DNA of 63,908 bases, counting the filler, from Phoronis australis (taxonomy: Eukaryota; Animalia; Phoronida), in assembly GCA_002633005.1 (NCBI GenBank). It is 6 parts of 6 records of this genome, joined end to end, with 100 filler letters (N's around TTAATTAATTAA, not from the genome) between each part and the next. Parts side by side here need not be neighbours in the genome. Positions count along the whole stretch, not along the records: positions 1 to 25,095 come from NMRA01000045.1; 5 more parts are not named here. The stretch is one strand, 5' to 3'. Within the stretch, counting starts at the first letter, position 1; each line of letters opens with the position of its first letter. Under the pieces are notes generated by a model. The model saw only the letters and a list, made by a program, of their open reading frames with translations, searched no databases and was not told the origin of the DNA. The position numbers and the translations under genes are program-made. Positions 12,701-25,195 of the stretch are shown here, one piece after another.

Positions 12701-13345
12701 AATATGCATTTTGAAGAAGTTACACGAATTCACGACTGTTGACGAACAAACAGACCACGGGACACAAATCCAACAAATTCCACCGGATTTTATTTCTTGC
12801 TATTTTTGCAATTGTCAGGTGCCAGTCACGCGCTTCGCTCAGTCTCGCGCTTGTCTTTGCCTAACTCAAGTGACGTAACTTGAAATCATTGACATGATGT
12901 CTATGCTTGAAAATTTCGTGGATATCGCACGCGGTGAAAAAGTTAACGGGGACCAACAAAGTGGAATTGGAATGAGTTCGCCAAAGTCATCTTATTTAAT
13001 TTACCGAACATATGTTTAAAACCAGAAAGGGTCGCCGAAGAATGTAAGCGCTTTTTAAGCGATAGTTTTAAGTGTAAAATACATTTTTGACGAGGTGAAA
13101 ACCTCTTATTCGGTGAGCGGATTTGGCCTATCGCCCGTTTAAAATACACGTGACGAAATTAACACAGAGACCAATGTGGAGTGTTGTATCCCATGTTGAC
13201 CTAGGCTACTGTCAGCCGAGTAGAGGGGCTACGAGTTGTCTAATCCATAATAGGAGCATGTCTGCAAAATTTCACGAACATCCATTCAAGGGTTTTGAAG
13301 ATACAACAACGTAATGCTAGACAAACGGAACGAAGGAGACGACTG

Positions 13346-13512
13346 CGTAATGCGCCTACAAGTGTATAACGTAATGCGCCTACAAGTGTATAACGTAATG
13401 CGCCTACAAGTGTATAACGTAATGCGCCTACAAGTGTATAACGTAATGCGCCTACAAGTGTACAACGTAATGCGCCTACAAGTGTATAACGTAATGCACC
13501 TACAAATGTATA
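13346..13512 (+). repeat. 24-bp minisatellite, ~7 copies (CGTAATGCGCCTACAAGTGTATAA)
   Basis: Read directly from the sequence. It produces the spurious VGALRYTL / VMRLQVYN repeat ORFs. Confidence 0.95.
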
Positions 13513-13735
13513 AAATAAATAAAATTGCCATAAGAGATCACAGCAGTTGTCGGATCCGTCCAAAAGTCGTCACCTTCAATCATGATCGCCCTGACGGAGA
13601 TAACGGCAATATGCAACATAAATAGTATGTCGGCTCCACAGACATAAAAGTCTATGGTGTAGACATAAAAGTCTATCTTCGGCACAAAAATAGCCACTAG
13701 AGATCGCAGAACACGTCAAACCGGTCAGATTTTAC

Positions 13736-13861
13736 CTCTTTATACAGACTTTCGCACTTTTTTGAAGCATCCACCTGCCCTGCAAACGATTCAGTAGGAA
13801 CTGTGGTATTCAGAGCGTTAGTAATACGATCGTCAATGGTGCGCATTCTTTTCAACGCTTC
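13736..13861 (-). CDS. MIX23: MIX23/CCDC58 exon (second coding exon; first exon not located)
   Basis: ttgcAG...GTAAAA, 126 nt. EALKRMRTIDDRITNALNTTVPTESFAGQVDASKKCESLYKE matches CCDC58 MRTIDDRI...LNTTVPT.SF. Confidence 0.93.
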
Positions 13862-14849
13862 CTGCAACACAAAGGAATAATCTATAGTGTTCATACCAAA
13901 GCGGTTATAACCATTGGTTCGAACAGTCAAAACTAGTTGTAAAAGTTTTAACTGAAGTGCGATTAGAACTCGACTAGAAAGGGATCAAGTTGAGAAAAAG
14001 GAAACGAGAATATGTAAATTTTAAGCTGTATTTCGCGCTGTTTAGCTGACTTAATTAGAAACAAAAATCGAATGAGACCTTTCACTCCCATAAAAGCGGT
14101 TTGATTCGTAATATTGCTCACAACGATAGATTCCATTTTGGTAACCAATTCAAGTCACTGGGAATGCGTATACATGTGTCATTTTCGATTTTGCAATTTC
14201 AGTGTTGGCCAGCCACAATAACTCCGTTTAAAGCACTTCCTCCTGTCGGTGGTGATTACAGTGTTCTTGACACTAACGGGAATAAAATCCTATCAAGATG
14301 TCTGTGGACTGGACTTGTAAACCAAAGCAGCGCCCTGCCGACGCGCTGACACTGCGACGACATTCGGCAGGTTTCCGTACCCAAATGCCGTGCACACAGT
14401 TCGCCCTGGCTGTACGCTGACGTAAGTAGCAGGCCTATTGAAAAATCCCAGCTTACGGAAAGGAAATAGTGAATTCCATCTCATAATCTAACCTCATCGA
14501 CCAATCACTCCATTGGTACGCTGCTAGCAAGTTCTCGAGCATATTCGCCAAAGCACTCGCTGTCCTCATTAATTCGCGCGATTTCACGTGGGTCTTGTGT
14601 GATCATAGTGATCACAAATTCACATCTCTGCAGTTAGCCTACTTTATAGACACGTAATCTGTCTGTAATAGTTACATTATTTTTGTGCAATCCATGTTCC
14701 CCATGACTTGAGCTAACTTATTTGTTTTCATTCGTGTTGTACTCTTTTTCTCTTGTATTTTCTGTGCCTCAGTGAGTGAGCTCCTTGAAAAAAATAAAAA
14801 ATATAAAAAACCGCGGAACAAACTGATTTGACTAAAATATTGTAAAACG

Positions 14850-15020
14850 CATGCGCACACCCAGCCTTTAATATGGGGGGCACGAATTTCAGGCGATGTG
14901 GACCTTTTGCTGACAAAAGAGCGGGAGGACTAAAAAAGGAAAAACGGGGTACCACCTTCACCGCGCCTTTTCAGTGGACTTTTGTCGTTCTCTCGGACTT
15001 TTTGTTTCTCTAAGGCGGTC
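14850..15020 (+). mobile_element. Dispersed MITE-like repeat, partial (other copies at ~32362-32605 and 44775-45022)
   Basis: Shared CATGCGCaCACCCAGCCTTTA..ATGGGGGG...GGACTAAAAAA..AAACGGGG...GGACTTTTTGTTTCTCT.AGGCGG sequence. Confidence 0.65.
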
Positions 15021-15347
15021 CACTCGAAATGTCTAATGAAGCAAACATAATAGGTGCGCTCTCCAACACGGCATAACGGCGTTTTGCCGTTGCTCCCAAC
15101 TACAGCCCAACAACAAGTTGGGAAGAACACCCCTGTAGCCAATATCTTGCACGACGGATTAACTCCATTCTGACATTTATGGTTGAGAAAGAAACCGCAA
15201 GTGGTCTAAATGAAGAGTGACCGTCAACGTCCTTGGACTTCTACGACACAAGACGTGTGAACCAGTGCAATTTCCTTTACATAAAAACAAGTAAAATGTA
15301 AGGCCTCATCCGCGGATAGCTGAGCGGTTACTACAATTGGCTCGCTA

Positions 15348-16334
15348 TATGCAAACAAACTGGCATCATAGATATTCTATAGTCTATGCTGGCATGACTG
15401 ATGGACTGAAGTGTAAATGTAGTCTGTTACTGTATAGACAAATCGGTGCTTAAAATTTATGTTCAGGAAATGTGAATCCTAGGAATTGTGGTTGCGCCTT
15501 TTCGGAATGCATCTTTCTACTGTCGATGACTTTTGTTTACGATACTGTCCTGTATTCATACATTATGATTAACACACCGGTTAAATCGCCCAGATATGTG
15601 TTTATTGTACATGTATGTGCTTCAAGCACGCGGCTATTAAACATCACTGCAGAAACGAAATAGTTGCTACGACGCCACTTGCATGACAAGGCTAAAATCG
15701 TTCAGAGTCCGCCATTTTTTCACGGTGTTGTAAAGCAAACCAATGACTGCTGAGCGCGTTCCACTGCGTGATACCTGCGTGCTGGCTAGGCACGTAGGGG
15801 GCCAGCGAGGTATCATTCAGTACCGAGCACGCGTCTTATCACTCATTCTGGATGATGTAACCTCGGCAGTCATTGGTTAGCTTTACAACGAAGAAATGGC
15901 TGACTATGTGCGATTTTTAGCCCTGTCATGCAAGTGGCGTAACAGCAACTGTTTCCACAGTATGTTTAATAGCCGCGTGCTTGAAGCACAAACATGTACA
16001 CTAATCATACATCTGGCCGATTTAACCGGTGTGTTATTCATACTGTGTGAATACAGGACAGCAACGTAAACAAAAGTCAGCGACAGTAGAAAAATGCACT
16101 CCAAAAAGGCTGATTCACATTTCTTCAACATGAATTTTAAGCACCGAGTTGTCTGTACAGCAGACCTTATTTGCACATCCTACATCAGTCATGTCAGTTT
16201 GTTTGCGTAAAGCGCTACCCGTTGAGAATTCGACCAGCCAATCAGAACCGCCGGTGTAAAAAAAATTTCGAGGAAAATTAAATGATACCTGCGTGTTGTC
16301 TACACCCTAGCGGACACGCAAGGGAACCAGCGAG
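15348..16334. mobile_element. Two copies of a ~600-bp MITE in inverted orientation (15348-15809 and 15853-16334)
   Basis: The two halves are reverse complements over ~400 bp. Both match the complete copy at 29225-29833. Confidence 0.8.
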
Positions 16335-17791
16335 AATCAGATGTCTCAGCCAGTTGACCCAACGGAACTCGCCGAGTCAATCAAGTGCAGCCCGTGCGAA
16401 TAGAACAAGCGGAGATGAAACCTACCGCCCAAACAGTGCTTAGTAATTACAAAATACATGCCTTTGTTTTCAAATCAGCTTTTATAATGGTTTTATAATG
16501 TCAGTCAAAACTGATAGGTGATTCTTAAACGGTAATAATTTAAACTGTAACAAGGCCATTGACTTCACCGCTAATTTCAGTGATTACGCGGGGAATACGG
16601 CCAAGGCTGTGTTCAGATAGAAGTGAGGAAGAAATCGTCGGTACGAAAAACAGTGAATGTTGACGACTTCCTTTGTGACGTCGCTGAGTTTGCTGGCAGA
16701 CTCTAGGTAAGTTTGGATTTTTGGTTTAATCCGATAAGGTGCTTTAGAGAGCAATTATAGTTGGCAATAATTTATAAAGGAAGCGACAGGGCTGGGTACA
16801 TGTATATAGAAAATCAGTTCAAACTCTTGTGTTTTCAGTATAACATGTTTACACGTTACAACAATCCAAGCCAGACATATCAAAGACCTCACTAACACTT
16901 CCAATGTGATTGCCCGCCCTTTACCAGTCGTTTAGACGGAGTGTAAAACTCGTCGCAAAACAATACAATAATTTTCAGCCTTCTGTTGTAAATCAAATTA
17001 CTCGTTATTTTGCGAAAGTTTACCTTGAATAATCATAAAGCAGTTAATCTTCCTTTACAACAAGTAGTTAAGGAAACCTAAATGTCCTCTGATCTCTATT
17101 TGCCATTAGGCTTAGTGATTAGAATGTTTGTGAGTTCAGTATTTCACTTTTCATCTTTGTGACATACTTGTTTGTGAGTATTTTATTTTTATACACTATA
17201 TGCGCATCCAATTTACAATCTGAGCAACCCAACAGATGTGCCCAAGACTGCGCAGCAAAAAGTATGCTTTTACGGGTGTTTAACAGTATCAAGCATTATA
17301 TAAAATAAAAAGGCCTCTAAGGGGGCGCTACATAAGTCAATCCGTCTGTCCTCTCAATCAATCTGTCCTCTCCTTGATAGAAGCCTTTTGACCATACATA
17401 AAGAAACCTAAATTGCTACTAGGGGCCTCTATGGCAGGTGGACTCTTTGCAAAATCAACGTTAGGCGTACTGTACTCAATTGGAACACATAAAATACAAA
17501 TTTAACGAAGATCCATGGAGGAATACGGTAGGGAGCGCCAGAGGGTTGGACCTGCATGAACATCTACGTCAGCCTTCATTTTGCACGTGGACTGTTACAA
17601 AAATTAGAGCAAACCTATAATTTTTTGCCGTTTTCATTCGAAGGGATAATTCTCTCACCAGAAACTGCCTTCATTACAATGATACATTATCTATCATCCA
17701 AAGGGATACGTAGTTCCCTTACGTAGTGACAATGGCGCTGAGAATGTCAACGCCGTAACATCCAGCCTTGTCCCCAAGCCTCAAGATAGCG

Positions 17792-18396
17792 CTAATAGGT
17801 TTAGCCATTTTAAGCTTGGTTAGGGGAAATCAATGTGTCATAATTGTGACACATTTTCCGGAATTCGACGAAATATTACGAGTATTACAAAGTAATATCA
17901 AATTTGAAGTGTTATGCAGTATGATACAAAAAATCAAAATTAGCGGTATGCAGCAATTTAGGTCAAAATTATTGCAAAAATGACATGCTTTGATTCGGGA
18001 ACAGATTAGTTTCTATGGTACTTTCAATAAAATAGAATCTAAAATACATAAGAGAACAACTTTTATTTCAACCAATAACCTAAACAATGCCTCCTGCTTC
18101 ACTGATATCTATTGTTGTGACTCTAATTTAGTGTCTAGAAAATCCTATTCAAATTTATCTCAGTGCATTACATCACACTCTGCGATCTCTGCCCAACACT
18201 TGATCTGTTTTGGTTTGAAAAACCTCACAGGATCCTCTCTTGATAAGTTAAATTCTGACAGAGAACACTTCATGTTCGTTACTTTACCTAAATAATCTGT
18301 CGCCATCTTGAAATGTTTTAACGTCGTCACGGCAGCGGCCAATCATTGCGCAGAAGGCATTTCCCTAACCAAGCCTCAAATGGCTAAACCGATCAG
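17792..18396. mobile_element. MITE with ~40-bp TIRs
   Basis: CTAATAGGTTTAGCCATTTTAAGCTTGGTTAGGGGAAAT versus ATTTCCCTAACCAAGCCTCAAATGGCTAAACCGATCAG. Confidence 0.7.
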
Positions 18397-19719
18397 ACGA
18401 GACTGATCTCTTCCTTTGTACACGCCATGACATCTCGCTTTTCAACAGTACATCGGCCTGTATCATGAATTCCTTGTATTCGCCATCTCGTTTCCTTTAT
18501 TTTATTTTAACGAAGCGACATTGCTGAGTTTTGCATGCTCCCAAGTCCCAGTGTATGGAATGAGCCAATGAGAGGCTGGTGTGGAGAATGCCTTAGATGA
18601 CCCCATGTGCGTCGGTATTAACGTTATCAGTTTCGTGACCATACTCAACACAAGTCACCACACAGAAAGGCTTCTTGCTTCGTACACTTCATCACAGCTC
18701 CATTTAACTGCACTTACAAAATTCAATAACTTTTCGTTTCCTTTCATCATTTCCTTTCATTTTATATACAAAGTGACGCTGCTGAGTAAGATGTTCATTT
18801 TTAGAACATTTCCGGTTCAAAGACGAAAAAGACGTTGGAGAGTCAGATGTTTATTTTTAGAGCACTTTACGGTTTTTCAACGAAGTTAATCAATAAAAAT
18901 TGGATGCAGTATCAATAGTATTTGCAATGAGCAAAACTATAGGCTACGTTTAATAAATATTAAAAATAATTGCAGGCGGTCTGATACACGTTGTATCAGA
19001 CGTGCGCAGGCCTCGCATGTGGGCCCATTGCACTGATCACCTGGAAATATTTTTATGCTTTATTGATATATGGTTAAAACCGAGCTGAAGAGCTAGAAAC
19101 CTGGCTCAAGGGTTTAGCAGTGTGACCTGGTGGGACACACTGCTAAACCGTTGGATCTGACATCGATAATACCTTTGGGTGAACCATAGTATCATGAATA
19201 ATGTAAAGATATTCCCGATCTCAAAGCGTTGACATTTGCAGCGCTATTGCCACCACATAAGGGGCTGCGAACGAATGTGGTTACACCAAACCATGGTACG
19301 TTCTGTGAACCCAAAGTAAAAGCCACGCAAAGAATCATTCTTCATTGATAGAAGGTAAACAGTGAATGGTATCCCAAAATTTATGAATTATATCCCATGA
19401 TTTAACGTTCCAACGTCGCCGCCATTTTGAGCACACTCGCAAAACACTCCCGTGTTTGCGTGATAGTCGCTTTTCTCAAAACAAACTTGGTCTATGGAGC
19501 GCTACCCAAGGGTTTGTGATTGTAGATCAACGGGGAGTCACGGTCGTCTGACTAGCCAAACTCCGCTTAAGGGGGATGCAACCGTTTTCTCGTACTACGT
19601 TGATTACCCTGGGTAGATTTTCCGATTACTGTTACCCAGGCGTGTATTTATTGTCGAATGAACAGCAAAAGACTAACATCTCCGTTATGCACTCATTTTT
19701 ACTGAAGAAACAGAGTACC

Positions 19720-20318
19720 TTAAGGATATCTCCAACATTATTCACAAAAATTGGCCATTTTTACAATATTTCACTTGTGTCTAGCAAAATGCCTAATCTT
19801 CATTCTCGGGGAACTTCAAATACAAAATATATACCGCGTAGCAAGAAAAAAAAAGATTTAGCAGAACCACCTTGTAACCGCACAACCGCGTGGATATTTG
19901 TTCACTACTTATCCAAGGTCAAAGGTTAAAGGGCTTTCAATAAAATCGAATTTCCCGTCAGGCACAGAACAGCTTCGTATATACCCTCAGTCCTTTCATT
20001 CACAAAGTCGCCATAACATGGAGCCAACGAGGTGTACTTATGACAGAATGGTGCCGGGGAAAACAAACACAAAACGTAGTTTTGATCCTATACTACGGTT
20101 GTGCATCTACATGCATACGACCGTTGTTGAAAACGAATGCTACGAGTCGCCTCAGGCCTTTGTGGTCATGAACAAAGAAAGTTGTGAATAGAGATAAATC
20201 CTCACCCTAATTCCTTTATTCAATTAATAAGATGACATTTCGTTGTTTCGATCTTATGCTAACGACATACTTTAACCGACGATTCGATTTTTGTAATCCA
20301 TTTCTCAGGTCCACTTGG
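19720..20318 (+). mobile_element. Dispersed repeat starting at TTAA|GG (Kolobok-like terminus); second copy 48009-48586
   Basis: ~600 bp of colinear similarity between the two loci, both starting TTAAGGATAT.TCCAAC.TTATTCACAAAAATTGGCC. Confidence 0.7.
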
Positions 20319-22637
20319 TTTCGTATCAGTCTCACAGCACGTGACGTGTACAGGCTATGAACTGTGACCTACTTAGAAAGTAGGGCTTAAACAACAGTAA
20401 AAGTTGGCTGGGAACTACTAAAAAAGAATCATCAGTTGTCGGGAACGTTTCGTGTGCGTTGCCAAGTGAACGCAAACTCGACATTTTTTATTGAGAAAAC
20501 GCATTTTTACAAAAGAGAACCATCAGTTGTCGGGAACGTTTCATGTGCGTCAAAAACGCAAACCAGACCCACTCATTGGAAAGCCCATGTTTGTAAGCGG
20601 TAACACTCTTTGTGCCACAACGCAGCCCGATATTTAAAGGGAGATAGCGCATTTTTGAAAATATTCCGTCACTTGCCGAGAACGGTTTTTGCGCATCGGT
20701 AATGCAAGTCCAATATTTCATATTGAAAAAGACGCATTTTTGAAAAGAAGAACCAATACTTGTCGGGAAGGTTCTTTGTGCGTCGACAACGTATATTTCT
20801 TATTGGGAAAGTCGGTTTTTCAAAACTAAATCGTACTGCGATCCCTCATCGAAATAATGTACACCTGCGAAATTCGGACATAAGCGGAAACCCAAATTTG
20901 GAGGTCCGCCACATTCGGACACCATAAAAATGACGTTTCGCGAGATTCGTCCAAGAATGGATTTTTTTTCTATTGTAATTAATTTTGAGTGTCCGAACAT
21001 CGAGCGACTTTACCGTATACGTCTATGTGAGGTTTTATGATAATTAAGTTAGTTACGCACTGCAAAATCAGTCGACATTGTGAGTGAACATAGTTAAGGA
21101 TTGTATAGGTTATGTGTACCGAAAACAAGTTTTCACCGAATAATTAATCGAAGGCTTTGAGATTTTCACTTGTCTCAGTTAAATCTGCTTTTTCTCGGCT
21201 TCGGCAAATCGACTTTATTTGAAATTAGGAACACTAGTTCTCGAAAACGGCTGGATGGATTTCGCTGAAACTTTCTAAACTTAATATTTAGTCATCAATC
21301 TCAAAAACCCTGTTAGGATTTTTGATATAAATGCCTAGTTTTTGCGTAATGTGACAAAGACGAATACGACTTCAATTTTTTACAAAAATACCTTACGTTT
21401 TGCGAGTTGATCTGTCATAGAAACCTAACGAACCGACTAATCGAAAATTCCTAACAGCGTTTTTGAGGTAACTGGTGTAGTTTTCATTTAAAAAAGGTTT
21501 CATTAAAATCGAACGAGGGTATATTTTTCTATGAATGTACCTTTCTTAAAAATGAAATTTTGACTTAAAAAAGAATTTTACGTAAAACTAATAATGGCAC
21601 ATAAATACAAAAAGTATATTTATATTTCCTAGTCTTTGTTCTTTCGGAAAATATATAATTTTACTAGTTGACAAAGCTTAGTTTTTTTATATACAAGCTA
21701 GAATGGAGGCCACTAAATAAGGTTGTAGATAACATTTTAACAGGTATTGACTTCAGCCTGTGCCGGTCATTCGTGCTGACCTTGCTCAACTTGAAAGCGC
21801 ATACACCTGTTACAGAACAAAGATGTGAGCCTTTTACCGACCCGTTTAGGTCATTTTCCATTGTTTGATTGATAGTACTAAACATTCGCGGGAGGACAGT
21901 AATGGACGCTGAAACCTGCATTTGATTGCACAAGGTACCTAAACTACAGGCTAACGGACGCAAAAACACGACTAACGTACCTGCTAACACTGCTCACTGA
22001 CTAATTACAACACGGGATGGACTCATTCACCCCCCCCCCCCCCNAAACCCGCCTACGGACTGGCATTCACATAGATCATACCACAAACGGACAGCTAAAC
22101 GCGGCACTGAAATATGTGGGGGGCCATAGCTCCACCCATGGACTCCATGAGCGGCGGCATCATAGGGGGCTGGGGGGAGCACTGAAATAAGCCCTCCCAT
22201 CCTCCTATGATGTGCTGTCCATGACAAAGCATGCCAGACTCACCGGCTTTGCTACTCTCAACGTCAATATTAAGAATTGACGATGCAAAGTCGAAGCCGA
22301 TTTCTACATTTTATCCGTAAACCTTATTTGACAGTCCGTGTGTCGTATTTCTAAGTGGATGCAAGTCCGTCGCCATGTTTTTTGGATGAATGAATCGTGC
22401 TTTGTGAGCTTGATCCCGTGTATTTGAGTCATTGAACAGTGTTTGTAGGTACGTTGTTGGTGCTTTTGGGCCCGACACGGTGTTTTACAGGCCGTCAGTC
22501 GTGTAGTATAGGTATCTTGTTACAGGTAACATCAAAAATAGTTGCTTAGTTGCTTTCTCCTCTGAGGACCTACATCATTGTTTCGCTTATTCTGCTTTTG
22601 TTATTTCAGAACCAAAGAAAGAGCTTATTTCGACCAA

Positions 22638-23675
22638 ATGGCGTGCTTTAATGAGGACTTCCGAAAAAAGTTCCTTTTTTATTTTGAAGGTTCTAATGAA
22701 GAGTTTGTCCGATGTTGGTGCCCACTCAACGTAAATGTTTTCTTGTTTTACCGAGGAGTCGTCGCAATCTATGAACTCATTTTTGTCTCACTTGGACCAT
22801 ATTTACTAGTCAAGGTTTACGGCGCCGACAACAAAGATGCATGGAAATACTATTTGTACCTCGACAGATGGCAAAGCATTATTGTGACGTCATATTTCAT
22901 AGTCGCCTTTGCTGTACAGCTGTACAGTGACAAGATTCTTAAAACCAATAAAATTACACCAAAGGTACAACCAAAGAGCCAAAACGAACTCGGGGCGTCA
23001 AAAATCACAGTTCGCAATAAGATTTCATCTTTTGATAAGGAGACGGATCCAGGATCAGCATTTTCTCAGGAGCACGAGCTTCCAATTGCCGAACTAAAAT
23101 GGTACAACAAAACCCGATGGGTTCTTCTCAACGTTTCTTTTAATGCCGGAATATATGCGGCTATCGTTTTTTGGGTATTTCACGTAAAAAGGCCGCCCAA
23201 GAAGCCGTATTACTTCCCAGACTATCACCGTAACGTGATCACTGTGGCCTTAATTATATTGGAGTTATGTTTCGTTTCACACCCTATCTACCCTCAACAC
23301 TTTTGGCACACTTGGGTATTCGGCGGTGTATACATCACCTTTTCCATTACATATTTACTCACTGGCGGAACTAATCACAATAACGCAAACACTTTGTCTT
23401 CAGTACTCAGCTTAGACAAAATGACATCAACTATAGCGTTCTACGGAGCCAGTTTATGCGTGGTGCCTGTAAATCAGTTCTTCGGTGTCCTGTTCGTTTA
23501 CGTATGGAGAAGACTAACCTCGAATATTTTCACAAAACACGCGAAGGAAGAGGAAGAAAACGTCTCACAGAAACTTTCACAAGAAAACGATGGAAATGAC
23601 GACCTTTATGACAGAGGCTTTGAAGAAAGCGCTATTCAGACAAGGGCCAACTCGTTAACCTGCGATACACTGTAA
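22638..23675 (+). CDS. Rolling stone (rost)-like multi-pass membrane protein, 345 aa, single coding exon
   Basis: Long clean ORF. Acceptor at 22609 and ATG in CAAATGG context. N-terminus F.EDF...F.F....EEFV..W, about six hydrophobic segments, W..YL..W and H..N..P...QH motifs of the rost/FAR-17a/AIG1-like group. A probable non-coding exon ends at 22448 (AG|GTACGT). Confidence 0.75.
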   Translation: MACFNEDFRKKFLFYFEGSNEEFVRCWCPLNVNVFLFYRGVVAIYELIFVSLGPYLLVKVYGADNKDAWKYYLYLDRWQSIIVTSYFIVAFAVQLYSDKILKTNKITPKVQPKSQNELGASKITVRNKISSFDKETDPGSAFSQEHELPIAELKWYNKTRWVLLNVSFNAGIYAAIVFWVFHVKRPPKKPYYFPDYHRNVITVALIILELCFVSHPIYPQHFWHTWVFGGVYITFSITYLLTGGTNHNNANTLSSVLSLDKMTSTIAFYGASLCVVPVNQFFGVLFVYVWRRLTSNIFTKHAKEEEENVSQKLSQENDGNDDLYDRGFEESAIQTRANSLTCDTL

Positions 23676-24833
23676 ACACGTTGCTCGAAGTCATGAGATT
23701 GTCGGTTCATTGGACACAACTGCTGACACCTCTCGGGAGAAATTTAATAGAACTTTCCAGGTGGTAAATCATTATTTACGTGAGTGTATAAAGCAAGCCC
23801 TCCCGTAGTCTCCGAAGGTATGTTCCATACGACAAACAATCAACGTTCCAGTTCCTGACGCTTTCTGTAAGTCACGTAGATTGTTTTCGTTCAGTCGAAC
23901 TTCAATAATGTACTTTTGAATTGGATTGAGGTTATCGGATGCGACTGTCTCAATGAAACTCCCCAACAGAGAAACTAAAACAAGTCGGTCTTGTGCAGTA
24001 AAGAAACAAGTGCCCTCACACTGCTGCACTGATTGGCTTACACATAAATACTATATTATTTGGCGACTTCGTGTTGCATACAGTAAGCAGACATCTGATG
24101 AACCACAGAACTCTAGCCCTGGAATGCAAACTCCTGCACGTGACCAATGTATTCAAATATTAGAGCCTGCAACCCCCAGGGCTTGCCGCGAGAGTATTGC
24201 ACTGAAAATTTCTGGCTGCCTACTCGACTGAGTTTTGATCGAGAGTTGTAGTAATCAAATCAACCCTAATTTCATGGTTTCATTTTCATTTCGTGTTTAT
24301 TGTTCGTCGAGACTTTAGAATAAAAAATATAAAAGACTAATTAAACTATTTATCTTTTGCTTTTGATATAATCATCAAGAAGTGGCTCTCAATTGGTTGG
24401 AAAACGGCGAAGTTACGAAAAGTTTTAATGACAGTGAATTCCATACGAAGTACACATACTGAAACAAACAAGTGCAAACAACTCTCACGCATGCACGGCG
24501 CAACCCTCAGCGGCCGCGAGATCACAGTTGGCATTCCAGGGCTACAGTTTTGTGATAGATGTAGCCTTTTAGTTGATATTTGGTCGCCAAGTCGGCGACA
24601 TCAAATCAACATCATGACGATGTGAACAACCTAACGTATTATCAACGTCGGAAATCTAACGTCGTACCGACGTTGGTTTACAGTCGTACCATTCTCCGAC
24701 GTCACTGCAACGTTTAGTGATTACAAGTTCGCGTTCAACATCAGAATTCCGACATCGCATCTACGTTAGTTTTTGGTCAAACGACTTCAACGTAGTTTCA
24801 CCTTCCAGTGATTTGATAACACAAACCCTTTAA

Positions 24834-25095
24834 TAACAAGAGCAACGCAGAGCGTTGAAATGCGCCCACAATTGCACCGCATACGGTATCCTTCTAGGGT
24901 TGTTTATTGGTACCATAAAGTGGCCAGTAGAGGGCATATATGTAGTATGTTGTACTTTGCAAAATGGAAAGGCATGGTCCTTGTCTCCTCAATAGGCTAG
25001 GGGCAAAATGTGAGTAATCTTCATAATACAAGCACATCCTATACACCAGTTGCTTAAAGCACCACAGAAACATAGAATTAAAAACAAATTTACCA
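24834..25095 (+). mobile_element. 5' end of HINE-like element, truncated by the contig end
   Basis: Reverse complement of 265-535. A degenerate version also occurs at ~9288-9390 within the array. Contains TGGCCAGTAGAGGGCA. Confidence 0.65.
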
Positions 25096-25195
25096 NNNNN
25101 NNNNNNNNNNNNNNNNNNNNNNNNNNNNNNNNNNNNNNNTTAATTAATTAANNNNNNNNNNNNNNNNNNNNNNNNNNNNNNNNNNNNNNNNNNNN
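25096..25195. other. Artificial contig linker N44-TTAATTAATTAA-N44 (also 48587-48686, 51530-51629, 56153-56252, 60502-60601)
   Basis: The same 100-bp spacer with a six-frame stop cassette occurs five times. Confidence 0.97.

Noticed and set aside
8930-12878. Numerous 60-106 aa ORFs in the array
   Set aside because: They are recurrent translations of the non-coding repeat unit on both strands, with frameshifts between copies.
13346-13512. Possible CRISPR array or repeat protein (VGALRYTL)n
   Set aside because: There are no spacers; it is a head-to-tail 24-bp minisatellite in eukaryotic intronic DNA.
25140-25151. TTAATTAATTAA as a biological motif
   Set aside because: It is an assembly linker embedded in N runs.
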